DNA of 64,000 nt, taken from the NCBI GenBank assembly GCA_030324005.1, contig JARDVH010000084.1, positions 44,020,262 to 44,084,261 of the forward strand, given 5' to 3'. The stretch is from Negaprion brevirostris (taxonomy: Eukaryota). Below the pieces are notes generated by a model. The model saw only the letters and a program-made list of their open reading frames with translations. It searched no databases and had not been told where the DNA came from. Of the stretch, positions 25,566 through 37,544 are shown in pieces (position 1 is the stretch's first letter; every line of letters starts with the position of its first letter). A program made the position numbers and the translations under genes.

Positions 25566-26346
25566 TAAACAGAGAAAGCCAATTAACACAAATGACATGT
25601 GAGGGTTGCTTGAGTATGCGAGAAAGCTTTCCTTTCTGAAACACTTCACTGAGATTTACTATTGATTATCTATAGGAGGAAAACATAGAAAATATTCAAT
25701 ATTTCTATGTATTATGTGACTTTATATATAAAATATGATATGCTTGCCATGGGAATGATTGCAGCTCTGGGTATAAATTTGCATTGATGACTAATTATTT
25801 TCAATGAAACAAGTCAAGAAAAACAAGGCTTGTTTCCAGCCTACCTTCGATATCTTCACGCTGAATACCAGAAAATCTCAGAAATTGTTCACAAGTTGAT
25901 GAGGATGTCATTATCACATCGCTGATGCTGCCCTTTCATATTGCACAGTGGGCAACTAAATCTTGGAATCCATTGTTTGATTGCACACTGCGGAACTTGT
26001 TTGGCCAAGGATTTCCTGGAGACTGAAAATAATGGCAGTAATCCATGTTTAAATTATTGACTTTATAATAATTAAATAAAGGGCGCATTTAATGCTGATT
26101 TCCCCAAGGGAGCAGGGAAAGAGGTCAGTGGGGATTAGGGAGAGAGGCAAAGTTTCAAGTTCCTGACATCAGGATAGATGCGCTGAAATCTCCCACCAGT
26201 GGGTTACAAGTGGGATGCAGTGTCAACGGCAACAGCAGAGAGGTAATTATAATAGATTTGCATATGAATACTCATCAAGGTTTTGTAATTAAATGTTACC
26301 TTTGCAATTAAGTTGAAGGAGCATAGGAAATACACAATTTTGCTTT

Positions 26347-26812
26347 CATAAGAAATAGGAGCAGGAGTAGGCCATGTAGCCCTTTGAGCCTGCCCCGCCA
26401 TTCAATAAGATCATGGCTGATCTNNNNNNNNNNNNNNNNNNNNNNNNNNNNNNNNNNNNNNNNNNNNNNNNNNNNNNNNNNNNNNNNNNNNNNNNNNNNN
26501 NNNNNNNNNNNNNNNNNNNNNNNACCCACCAGCGTCTTCCTCCCTTTGCTGTTCCTAATCTCCACCCACAACGATTCCACTTTCTGCTCTTTGGTTCCTA
26601 AATCATCCCTTGCTACCACCCTGATGCTATCCTTAATCAGCAGAGCTACACCCCCCTCTTTTTCCTCCCGCCTATCCTTCCTAAACACTTGATACCCCTG
26701 GACATTCAGCTCCCTGTCCCTGTCACCTTGCAGCCACGTCTCTGTAATGGCCACCAGATCATATCCATTAGTGCTGATGTGCGCCACCAGCTCATCCACT
26801 TTATTTTCACAA
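26347..26812 (-). mobile_element. CR1 LINE with gap-collapsed interior: 3' tail (26347-26423) and APE endonuclease N-terminus (26524-26812)
   Basis: ORF 26308-26988 includes NKVDELVAHISTNGYDLVAITETWLQGD..NVQGYQVFRKDR..GGVALLIKD..VESLWVEIRNSKGRKTLVG. Confidence 0.88.
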
Positions 26813-27289
26813 CTACTTAAAGCTGGATGGAGCAAGTCAAGACTGAAGCTGAGTGAGTTGGGACGAGATGACATTTCAGAGAATTTGTTGGAATAGGGGA
26901 GATTGGAAATCATCACAGGACAGATCAAGGGTGACCAAGGGGAGCTCAAGGGTGACTGAAGGAAGGGCAAGGATGTGTGAAAGGTCAAGGGTCACTGAGA
27001 GCAAAATCAGGGTATAGTTGATGAAGATCAGAATGAGTGCCATTCGTCCGTAGGCCTAAGGTTTTGCTTGAGGGTCAGATCAACAGTGGAGGGCACACCT
27101 TTGCTTGGATGCTGCCCTTTGTTCAATTTCTGAAAGAAAAATATGTCTCATTTACCCAGAGCAGCTGGAGCCTGGAGTGGAGGAGGAACAGGAATATAGA
27201 AGATGGAAGATGGTATTGGGTTAGTGCTAAAGATTAAGAAGGAGCAGCATCAGATTCTGAGGCTGGTCAAGATGGGGCAACCAGAGGTC

Positions 27290-27590
27290 AATGTGATGAC
27301 AAGCAGTGGTGTGTCCTCAAGTATTCTGAACTGTCTGCAGAAAACTGATAGCCAGAGTCAAAGACAGCTGAAGATAGGGAAACAGTCACGGAGCAGTGGA
27401 TTCTCCTTCAGGATGATCTGCAGCCCCTTGGACCAGGAGGGAATCCAATGCATTAGAAGTCACTGCAGCATTGAACTTCTATGGCAGCAGCTCCTTCCAG
27501 GGTTCCACAGGAGACATGTGTGGCACCTCCCAGACAGCTGCATATTGCTGCATCATAAAGGTCACCAATGCACTATTTCAAAGGGCTGTG
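27290..27590 (+). pseudogene. PIF/Harbinger transposase (HARBI1-like) N-terminal remnant
   Basis: 27459-27587 translates VTAALNFYGSSSFQGSTGDMCGTSQTAAYCCIIKVTNALFQRA, comparable to HARBI1 [43 protein letters not shown]. Preceded by a frameshifted LLQDDLQPLGPGGNPM. Not shown in the ORF track frame. Confidence 0.75.
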
Positions 27591-27600
27591 CAGACCCAGA

Positions 27601-27680
27601 GAGGTGGAGATGCTGGCGTTGGACTGGGATAAACACAGTAAGAAGTCTCACAACACCAGGTTAAAGTCCAACAGGTTTAT
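27601..27680. mobile_element. Family A PLE-derived element, left arm, running into a gap
   Basis: gtggagatgctggcgttggactgggataaacacagtaagaagtctcacaacaccaggttaaagtccaacaggtttat. Confidence 0.8.
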
Positions 27681-27865
27681 NNNNNNNNNNNNNNNNNNNN
27701 NNNNNNNNNNNNNNNNNNNNNNNNNNNNNNNNNNNNNNNNNNNNNNNNNNNNNNNNNNNNNNNNNNNNNNNNNNNNNNNNAAGAGTTGTGGGGTGGGGGG
27801 GGGTGGGGTCGAAGTGAAACCGGCAAATGGAATGCTCCATGTAAATAAACAGGCTTAACTGGGAT

Positions 27866-28795
27866 CAATAAGACCATAAGACCGAAAGGCATAGGAACAG
27901 AATTAGGCTACTCGGCCCATCGAACCTGCTCCGCCATTTATTCATGGCTGAAATGATTTTGTTTTCCTTCCCATCCTCTTGCCTTTTTCCCATTACCCCT
28001 GATCCCCTTCCTAACCAAGGAACTATCTATCTCTGTCTTAAAGACACTTAATGACCGGCCCCCTACAGGCTTCTGCAGCAAAGAGTTACACGTATTCGCC
28101 ACTTTACGGCTGAATAAATTTCTCCTCATCTCTGTTTTAAAGGGTCATACTTTTAGCCTGTGTTTGTGCCCTGTGATTCTAGCTTTTCCTGCTAGTGGAA
28201 ATACGCTCCTCAATTCCACACGATCCAGCCTTGCAGAATCCTGAAAGTTTCAATCAGATGTCCTAATCCTCCTACACTCCAAAGAATACAGACCTAGAAT
28301 CCTCAACCGTTCCTTATACGACAAACTTTTCATTCCAGGGATCATTCTTGTGAACCTGCTTTGGACCCTTTCCAAAGCCAGAAAATCCTTCCTTAGATAT
28401 GGGGCCCAAAACTGCTCACAGTACTTCAGATGGGATCTGACCAGAGCCCTATGCACCCTCAAAAGTACATCCGTGCCCTTGCATTCCAGCCCTCTCAACA
28501 TAAATGCTAACATTGCATTTGCCTTCCTAACTGCCAACTGAAGGCCCACGTTAACCTTAGGAGTGTCTTGAACAATGGCTTCCAACTCCCTTTGTGTTTC
28601 TGATTTCCGAAGTATTTTCCCATTTAGGACATAGTCTATGCCTTAATTCCCCCTTCCAAAGTGCAAAACCTCACACTTTTCGACATTACATTCCATCTAC
28701 CATTTCTTTGCCCAATCTCCTAAACTGTCCAGCTGCTCCTGCAGCCGCTCTGCTTCCTCAATATGACCTGTCCCTCTGCATATATTTGCATCCGC
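27866..28795 (-). mobile_element. CR1 LINE 3' fragment
   Basis: ORFs 28250-28585 (KANAMLAFMLRGLE..ALVRSHLKYCEQFWAPYLRKD) and 27938-28129 (MRRNLFSRKVAN), plus the (ataagacc)n tail. Confidence 0.9.
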
Positions 28796-28814
28796 ATGGG
28801 TATTAATAGCCGTA

Positions 28815-29455
28815 ACTTTTTATTTGGAATAAGTAAGACGAGTTCATGGAGAAATTGTTGAGAGATTGAACATGCGGCCTTTTGCAATGTTCTAGAGAAA
28901 TCAAACACAAACTAGAGGGCCAGCGGCTTATCTTCCTATTGGGCACGTTACAGCCTTCTGGACTCAACATTGTGTTCAAAAACTCCAGAGCATAAATTCG
29001 TTGCTCTACGTTCACGCCACGTCCATTTATCTAATTTCACATTATTTCAACTTTTCCATCTGTTTTTATCATCCTTCTTTCTCCTCTCCATTTTTGAAAT
29101 TTGCATTCCAGCTCTGTTTTTTGCCGCCTTCCAGCGCCCCACATTTCTCAGGCTGTCCTTGAACAATCTGCACCTCTGTTTTCTCACTCATATATTCTGA
29201 CCACATAATTGACACGTTTGTAGCACCTTCACAGCCTTCTGTATCCTCGTTTACATTCACTTTGTCCCATTGCACCCTCACCCTACTTGAATAAATCTCC
29301 GCTGATCCTTTTTGCTGTCAGCTGTGGTGGCGAGCAATCAAGACTTGAAACATTGGCACTATTCTAGCCCCATTAATGCTGTCAGACCTGCTATTTTTTT
29401 TTTCTAGAATGTGCTGTTTCAGGTTCAGATTCCAGCATTCGCAGTTTTTTTTGTT
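28815..29455 (+). mobile_element. Penelope-like element 3' end: GIY-YIG endonuclease C-terminus, pyrimidine-rich 3' region and family B terminal repeat
   Basis: 28876-28995 translates GLLQCSREIKHKLEGQRLIFLLGTLQPSGLNIVFKNSRA*, matching the PLE endonuclease tail (E..WI..L.T..P.GLN). 29330-29455 resembles family B (gacttgaaacatt...atgctgtcagacctgct...cagattccagcattcgcag). Confidence 0.72.
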
Positions 29456-31409
29456 AAAATCTCAAACAATGTCAGTACAGGTTCGAGGTCCCCTTGGATA
29501 GCCCATGATTCCAAGCCATTGGTGTGTATAAAAAATATTGTTTCTTTTCCAGGGACATGGGAATAAGATATTTTTGCCTGTTTCTGTAAAGTATTGCGAA
29601 AGCGTTGTGGCATCACTGATGCTGTATTTTGAATTAAGGATTAGACCTGAACAATACTTTCCCACTCAGGCTGACGTTAAAAAAAAAACACATACACTTC
29701 ACTGAAGACCAGAAAGAGTGCCCTCCTGGAAGGTAAATCCAAATTTTATTCCAACAAATGTGCTAGTCAAACACTTTTTTTAATACAGAAAAAAATCCCA
29801 GAATTTCAAAGCCGAAAAATAGCTCTGTTATACTTTGCACTCACATTGGAATGAGTGGTTTGATTTCTTTTAATCTCTGGTAAAACTTTTCCAAATATGT
29901 ACATACAGAATCTGCAAAATGCATTCTGAACACAATATACACTGTACCAATAAAATAGTGTTAATACATAAATAAAATTGGAAGGATTAGACTTGCATGT
30001 GCATTTCAACAAACAAGTTTGTCAACTTCACTATAGTCTGTGAAACTAAAAACTGTAAAATCTTGTAAAGTTTTTTTCCTTTTTGCACATAAAGCAGCTT
30101 TCAAGTCCAATAAAATATTTTTGACTGCAGAAGCAGATGTTTACATTCACAATCTAAATGATTAAAATTTATTTAAATGTCATTGACAGTTATTTACAAA
30201 ATACTGCAGTTAGAGACTAAATTTTACTTTTTGTTCTGTTATGAATTTTGACACATACAAAAGAGTGACAGTTTTTCTTGTACATCAACAAAGCTTTACA
30301 TACGGGTTCACTTTTACAATGCAACCTGTTCTGTAATACCTAATTTAGTGCTATTCATGATGTGACCCATGTGTTATCTGCCTCCTATCTGTCATCCTGT
30401 ATCCATGATGCACAACAGATATGCTGCCTCATACACCTTAGGTGCTCCATTCCTGACCTGTCCACCTATGGGATTTCGCCCAAGCTAGAATTCAGTACTA
30501 CTCCCTTCCCTTACCTTCTTACTCCTCATGTACGTTAAGAGAACGTATTTCTATGAATTGACCCCAGTAATATTTTCCACTCTTACTGCATTCTTCAGTA
30601 ACCAATCATGGCTTGACTTAAAGTTTGGAATCCAGCACGACTGTTACGGGCATAGATCATATCCCATTACGTTACTCAAAACAGCCTTGAAGCGATATAT
30701 TAGTGGGAATTTTTATTTTCAATTAGAAGTTGATGATTAGCAATTACAGTATTAAAAGTGTAAGAAAGAATTCTACATCAGAGTAAAATTGGGAATGTGA
30801 AATAACAAAAGATGCTGTTGGTCGTAAGAGCTTTGAATAACAGAAGCAACTGAGATGCTTGAAATCATACTTCTGTTTCAGCACACCTTGAAAAGCAAAA
30901 AAAGAATAGTTTGAGCCAATTAAGACCATTTTGAAACCATCATATTTTTGGAAATTTGGAGAATAAATTTCAATTTTAGTACAATTTTAACCTGTGCATT
31001 TTGGTGACATGGATTATATTACTGATGTGTTTGTTTGCTATTGGTTATGCATAAGCAATTGTACCTACAGTGAATTTCCATAAAGGCAATAAATTGTATC
31101 AAGTATTGATATACATGCAGTTACAATAATAGACTTAAAAGCGAGGCAGTAGATTTAAGCCTATTTTAAATTAGCAAAATAAAAAACTGTAAATACTTGC
31201 TTTATTAAAAACTGTAGCTGGGTACTGAATAAAGATGATGTTCGGATGTGAATTAATCACCATTGCCGTAATGACAGAAATCTGAAGCTGCGGGTGCTTC
31301 ATACATTGAAGGAAATATTGCACACTAGGTTTGGTCTGTGGAAAAACTAATTCTTAATTATGGGGATTGATTTATTTTCATCCTTTAACAAACAAAATAT
31401 AACACAGAG

Positions 31410-31575
31410 TGACTCAAGGAGGTCTTAAGGCAGATGGCCAAAAACTTGGTCAGTGAGGTACTTTTGAAGGAGTGTCTTAAAAGAGGAAAGAGAAGTCAAG
31501 AGACAGAGAAGATTTGGAGAGGGAATTCCAAGGCTCAGGGTCCAGACAGTGGAAGGAACAGCCACCGATAACAGA
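31410..31575 (-). mobile_element. L2 LINE C-terminal fragment
   Basis: ORF 31425-31625 ends TSLSSFKTLLQKYLTDQVFGHL, like the L2 ending SLSSFKTLLKTYLF.QAF. Confidence 0.7.
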
Positions 31576-32898
31576 ACAAAGAAAATCCTATTCTGCTGCC
31601 TGGTGTATTTAAAATGTTGTTTCAAGTTTACAGTCTCTTATCCGATTAATTACCTTATCTAGTTTGCTTTGAGATATCCCTTATGTTGAAGAGCCCCAGC
31701 TCAGTGAATCATCCAAAAAGCTCTTCATTCCCGCTCTGGAGATTTTCCATGTTGCTATTCTCTGTTCAATTGTTGAAGGAAAAATGGGTCTCATCCACTA
31801 CCTTTAAGTCATGGATGGCTTCCTGATATCATGACAGCCAAAGATTTTTCAGTTTGTCCAGCTTTACCTCAACAGGACACTACAGCTTTAATACAATCGG
31901 CAATTTGAACTCAATTGCTTTGGCAATAGAACACAATGTGACTAATACAATGGCATGTTGAGTAAAGCATTCTGTATATTGTTCTTTAATACAAATTAAC
32001 AGCTTGGCACCCATTCGCTCCTGTAAAATCCAGCCAATAGAGACAGAAAGTGGTACATTTTACAAAATTAACTTCAGAATATATCATTCAATACTAGCCA
32101 TTGACTAGTGATGACATTTATTTAGTATGTGTATGACTGTGTGGATGCGAATGGAAGTCAAACCAATCAATAGATCGATGAGGTCTTCAGTTTCAGGTTT
32201 CTGTTGCTCATCTCAGTGTCCTTTCAAGTTAGATTGTCAAACTTGATCAGCGTGAAAAAAAGTTTAGGGCTTGTAATTTCTGAGTTTTCTTCCGGTTTGA
32301 ATTTGTTTGTTGATATTAAGCGACATCCTGTCATGCAATCCCATAAACATTCTTGATCTGTCATAAATTGAAGGAGCATGTGCACAGTGATAGATGGGTG
32401 CAGAAGCCAAAACCCTCATCTTGGCTCTTGTTGTGTGGCAGTTTATCATTCAGCTAGGATATGTTACAATGCTTTTATATGTGAGGATCTTTGACAATTG
32501 AGTGTAGTGACAATTTCAAGCATGTGTTACAGTATTAACATACATAGAACCATATGCCTACAGGTACGCATAGTCAGCAATGGAAAAGCTATATGACTGC
32601 ATGAGAGCTTTGCATGCACTAGCGGTAAATATGTAATATGTCGCCTAGAAAAGCGCTGTGTCATGTATTTGCTGGCGACGCACCTCGAAAATGGAATTGT
32701 CGTGTAGGGAGAACCTAACTCTACGCAAAATCTGAGTGGGTAGGAACTCAGGTGGCCCAAGTTACTTTGCCTCCATCGTGCTATTTTTAACTTTAAGTGA
32801 CACTTCGGGACAGGTTGTCTTATGAAGAAAGAGTGAGCAGTCTGGCACAAACTCTTTAAACTTTAATAGAATGAGAGCTGATTTAATTGAAACAGATA

Positions 32899-33030
32899 GG
32901 CCAGAATTCTCCAGCTGGTCACATCTCGCTGCCACTGCAGCGAGAACGAGAATTTGGGCTCAGCCAAATTTCCATTCACTGCAGTGGCATGGGAGAATCC
33001 TGCCTGTGGGCGAGGTCAGAGAACCCAGCA
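32899..33030 (+). mobile_element. Short MITE with Harbinger-like TIR inserted in a CR1 fragment
   Basis: Starts ggccagaattctcc. Homologous to 47714-47838. CR1 sequence resumes on both sides (ttaattgaaacagat | ataattttgaagaggcttgataaggta). Confidence 0.62.
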
Positions 33031-33240
33031 CATAATTTTGAAGAGGCTTGATAAGGTAGCTGCTGAGATAATGATTTCCCCTAATCTAGAACTTGGGTAC
33101 AAAGCTTAAAAATAAAGGGCCTTCCCGTTTAAGACTGAGAAAAGGAATTTGTTCTCTGAGAGGGTCATTAGAATTTGGTATTCTGCTGAGAGCAGTGCAG
33201 GCTGGGTAATTGAATAAATTCAAAGCTGAGTTAGACAGGA
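33031..33240 (+). mobile_element. Degenerate CR1 3' fragment
   Basis: cccgtttaagactgagaaaaggaatttgttctctgagagggtc is the FKTE.RRNFFSQRV region. Confidence 0.65.
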
Positions 33241-35139
33241 GTAAAATCAGTGGGATCCAAATTCACTATGTAAATCAGGATCCAACAAAGCCATCAGACT
33301 CCAAAGACAATTTTAACTATAGTCTGAGTATGTCATAGTTTCCACACTGAGCAAAGGTCAAGTTGAAGTGATTTAAGAAGCTAAAGAGGCCTTCCAAATA
33401 ACTTTTTTACATTACTTTATGGGATCTGGGGGGAGCAGGAGTGCCTTGACGTCTCCTGCATTGTACAACCACATTCATCAATATCTCATACAATCCCAGT
33501 GCCCATGTCTACTTTAATCCCTTAGTTGGAGGTTGGTAACTGCTTCTCACCCACTTTCCACCCAGTTTGGTTGGGGGAAAATCCTGAACCTGTTGCAAAT
33601 TAGTGAAGCCTAGTAGTTAAAATTGCTCTGGCCTCATATTGTCACTGGAGGATAAGTAAGTGAGATACACCGAGAAGTCAATGTACACGCAACATTTTCT
33701 TTCTAGTCATTTCACTCATGCTGAACTCTTGATACATGGTCTTGTCATCAAAGTGCGTCAGCACGAGGACTAGTTTATAAACCTTGTGAATCTTGCTTAT
33801 TTAAGTACAATCTTATGCCTTTGATCATGTTTCAAAATTTATGTTAATATTGCGAATATGTGAGCTTTCTAATTAGACTTGTGAATTATTGGCATGCTCA
33901 TCTGGAAGCGACTGCCTTGAATTACCCTATTTCAAGTGGATTAATAAGTGTTAAAATCACAGATAATGAATGTTTCATGCAAGTGTTAAGTAGTTGTACG
34001 TTAATGTTGCACACATTATTTTCTAAACTGTAATCTTTTTTGCCTATCTTGTTTTGGTTTGGATTTGACTTTATTTTGACAGTTTAAAAAAATTTTTAAA
34101 CAAGACATTAATAAAAATAATCAAGAACTGCAGAGAGAGTTTTAGCAGAAAATATTCCAGTGATAAATGCAGCCGTGTTGCATCCACTGAGAATCACAGC
34201 CTACAAGGCAGTGAATTATAACTAGCTGACGAGATGTTGAAAAAGAATATTGTTTTAAACAAACCCATATTTCTGACAATTGATGGACAACTCTATGGTG
34301 GAAATTATGTTATGGGGAGAAAAAAATCAGGTGTTGCAGCTTGGCTATGTAAACTCTTGGGCTACTGAAATGAGCGGGTAGTGACATTTGAAGTGTCAGT
34401 ATCTTCACTCATAGCTTAAAAGGGAGAATTGACTCACCAAATTGACTAGGATTCAGAAGAGGAAAAGCGAAAAAGCCTTCACTGATTGCTATCTTCAAGG
34501 GAAAACTGTTGAGCAGCTCACTATCCAATTATATTATGACACTTGGTTAATTAGATTACCGATAATTAGTGGGCTTTTAAAAAAGAGAAAACAAANNNNN
34601 NNNNNNNNNNNNNNNNNNNNNNNNNNNNNNNNNNNNNNNNNNNNNNNNNNNNNNNNNNNNNNNNNNNNNNNNNNNNNNNNNNNNNNNNNNNNNNNCAAAA
34701 ACACCTGAAAGCTTGAAGTGAAGATTTCCGAGCTGCCGCTTGCAGCAGGTGTGCTTAGTGAAGCAGGTGCATGCTAATTTTTTTTGCGGCACGAACTGCC
34801 TGGTTTAATTCCACTCATCAACTCACCCCAAGACTTTAAAATCATCTTTTACAACCAGGGACTTGCAAACTGCACTGCATACTCTGCCTGGTATTTTGGT
34901 CTTTTCCTGCAGGGTTCAGGTTCAGTATGCAGTTTGCGATCCCTGAACCAGTATGGGAGAAATGCAGGCATAGAGGTAGGCAGATAAGAAGGCTCTCACA
35001 GCAACAGCAGCCTGGCTCTTAACATTGTTTAAAGGCCCCTTAAACCTTACCTGTCACCATTTCACTCCTCCCTACACAACTCCCTTCCCCATCATCCAGT
35101 GTTCTCCTTGATGCACTTTATTGGTATGCAGTCTCAGCA

Positions 35140-36025
35140 TCAATATCCTAACAGGTTGGCCAATTAACTTCCGCATCACCCAGAATCGATGTGATTCACC
35201 CATTATTGGTAAGAAGTTCAGCTGGAGCTCTTCATCATGTTTCTCAACATTTTCTTCTTCACAGTTATAATTCTTTTCTTCCATGTTGTAAATTCTTTCT
35301 GTAGATTGCAACTTGTGCCTCCTCTTGAAAGTCCCCAGATTCTTCTGAATATTTTCTCACGGAAGCTGGCCTAACCCACCAAGCTCATGCAATATGATCC
35401 ATTTTGCGACAATTCTTGCATTGACTATCATTGCTCCAGCATTCACCTGCTCAATTGCCCATTAGCTTGTTGCTTCTTATGGGCAGTTCCCAAATTGTGG
35501 ATCTTCATTCCTGCACCAAACTGTGAAGCCTCTTTAGCAGCCAGTTCCAACGACATTGTGATTTCTATTGCTGTCTTTAAAGTCAAAGCATGTTCAGTAA
35601 GCAATCTCCTTTGGATAGCCTCATTTTGGGGACCACAGACTAGACAATCTTGAATGGTATCTTCCAATGATTCTCAAACTTCACAATGTTGTTTTAAGAT
35701 TGCCACAAATTTAGCAAAGCTTTCGTCTTCTACTTGATTCCATCAGTGGAACCTGAACTGTTGACTATCAGTGGATTTGGACAATAATGCTCTTCAAGAA
35801 TCTTTGTCAAGTCATTGTGAGTTTTGGCTTCTGGCTTTGCTGGATAAAACAAATTCTGGAACAAATTCAAAGTTTTACATGCTACTGTACTGCAAAAGAC
35901 AGGTACAAGCACTTTGTTTGCAATTTTATTCGTTTGTACAAAGTACTGAAAAAGTTCTACATAGGAACTCCATGATTAATTTTCTTCATTGAAAAGGCCC
36001 ATGGATCCCACTTGACCCTCATTTC
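35140..36025 (-). mobile_element. Decayed Gypsy (Mag/K02A2.6-like) gag and start of protease
   Basis: ORFs 35730-35912 (NLFQNLFYPAKPEAKTHNDLTKILEEHYCPNPLIV) and 35443-35667 (IQDCLVCGPQNEAIQRRLLTEHALTLKTAIEITMSLELAAKEA) match the gag motif RDRLVCG....IQRRLL.E..LTL.KA. Confidence 0.8.
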
Positions 36026-36682
36026 TCTTGCAGGCACTAGAACTCAAGACTGTTTCATATATATTATATGTATGTTTTTATTGTCTTCCCAGTATTCCCC
36101 TTTTTACCCTGAAGACCGTTGACTTGATGTATATTTTTTCCTTTCACATGAGCCCAACCATCCAGCAAAGCATCTACTCTTTTCAAATATGCCAGATATT
36201 GCCTGATTGGTAAAAAAATCCTCTTTTAAAACTACACAGAGAGATCTTCTTCTACACTGGCACTTCAATCTTTAATCCTGTTGTGGAGCAATGTGGAAAG
36301 AAGACTGCGCAAGGAACAGCTCACAATGGCAGACAGAGGGGCAAGCTGATGGATGGATAAAATGAACAATGGAAGGCAGAGGGAAAACCAGAGGGAGAGA
36401 AGACCCTAACAAGACTGAATGAAAAGCTGACAAACAAAGGAGTCAACAGTTTTCCACATCGTTTTCTGGAAACGAATGGATAGAGATTCCAGTGGTGGTG
36501 TGTAAAGGTCCAAGTGGAGCATGGGCACCTCACAGGTAATGGACTTGGGGAGAGTGAATCAAGGAACAGACTTCTTCTTGAGGATATTAGCCTTTTCCTT
36601 CAGGGCATCTGGACATCCTGCATGATCTGGTGAAGATCCGTGGCCTGGAGAGAGTCTTATGTGTGTGCTGCCAGTGTATTCA

Positions 36683-36815
36683 TTCTGAAGAAGTCATAAC
36701 ATAAGATGCAAAACATTAACTCTGTTTCTGTCTCCACAGATACTTCCAGACCGGCTGAGTTTTTCCAGCATTTTCTGGTTTTAATTCTGATTTCCAGCTT
36801 CCAGAGTATGTTGCT
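36683..36815 (+). mobile_element. PLE terminal repeat (family B-related), decayed hammerhead
   Basis: ctgaagaagtcata...aaaacattaactctgtttctgtctccacagatacttccagaccggctgagtttttccagcattttctg. Confidence 0.65.
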
Positions 36816-36961
36816 TTTATCTTACCATGTCTTTCTGTGTTTGACCACGTATCTATCTGTGCAGTCATTTGAGTATCTGTTTATCATTTCAATCTGTGTA
36901 ATAATGATTATTTAATACTTCCCAGGCACCTAGAATGTCACTTCACTGGCATAAATGTGAA

Positions 36962-37060
36962 AGACCAAAAGAGAAAATGCTGGAAAATCTCTGCAGGTCT
37001 GGCAGCATCTGTAAGGAGAGAAAAGAGTTGATATTTCAAGTCCAGATGGCCCTTTGTTAA
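36962..37060 (-). mobile_element. PLE terminal repeat (family B)
   Basis: Closely matches 1835-1931: aaatgctggaaaatctctgcaggtctggcagcatctgtaaggagagaaaagagttgatatttcaagtccagatggccctttgt. Confidence 0.72.
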
Positions 37061-37544
37061 ATGCGAAAGAGTTTGTTATCCACCTGTGAATTACACAAAA
37101 TCTGCTGAGAAATACCAAATACAGCTAAATTCTCAGTAATTATTCTTTCCTAAACTATAAGGTGTGTAACTCAGTTGCAATCCTCCTACCACTGATCCAG
37201 TTGAAATGATCTAACTCAGCCAGGAACTGCCACTGAGATCTTTCTATTCTGATAGCTCAGATATGGAGACGCTACCTTTGACAATGGTTGGATATTTATA
37301 CTTCAAAACATCAGATTTCATGACATCACAGCTCTAGACAACTCACAAAGCAAAGTAGAAACTAACAGGGATAATGTTTCCTTTGGGAAACTGAAAGGTT
37401 TGGATGAAATGCCAGATTTACACATCAACCAGAATTACTCTCCAGTGACTATAACTGAAAGTAAAATCAGATAGATGCAAGACCTAATCCCTTTAAGTTA
37501 GGTTAGGTTAAAATTGCCAATACTGCTGATTGCGAAAACATTCA

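Noticed and set aside
26820-27010. Loose aagggtga/aagggtca repeats
   Set aside because: Low-complexity degenerate repeat, probably internal to the Harbinger remnant, with no regular period.
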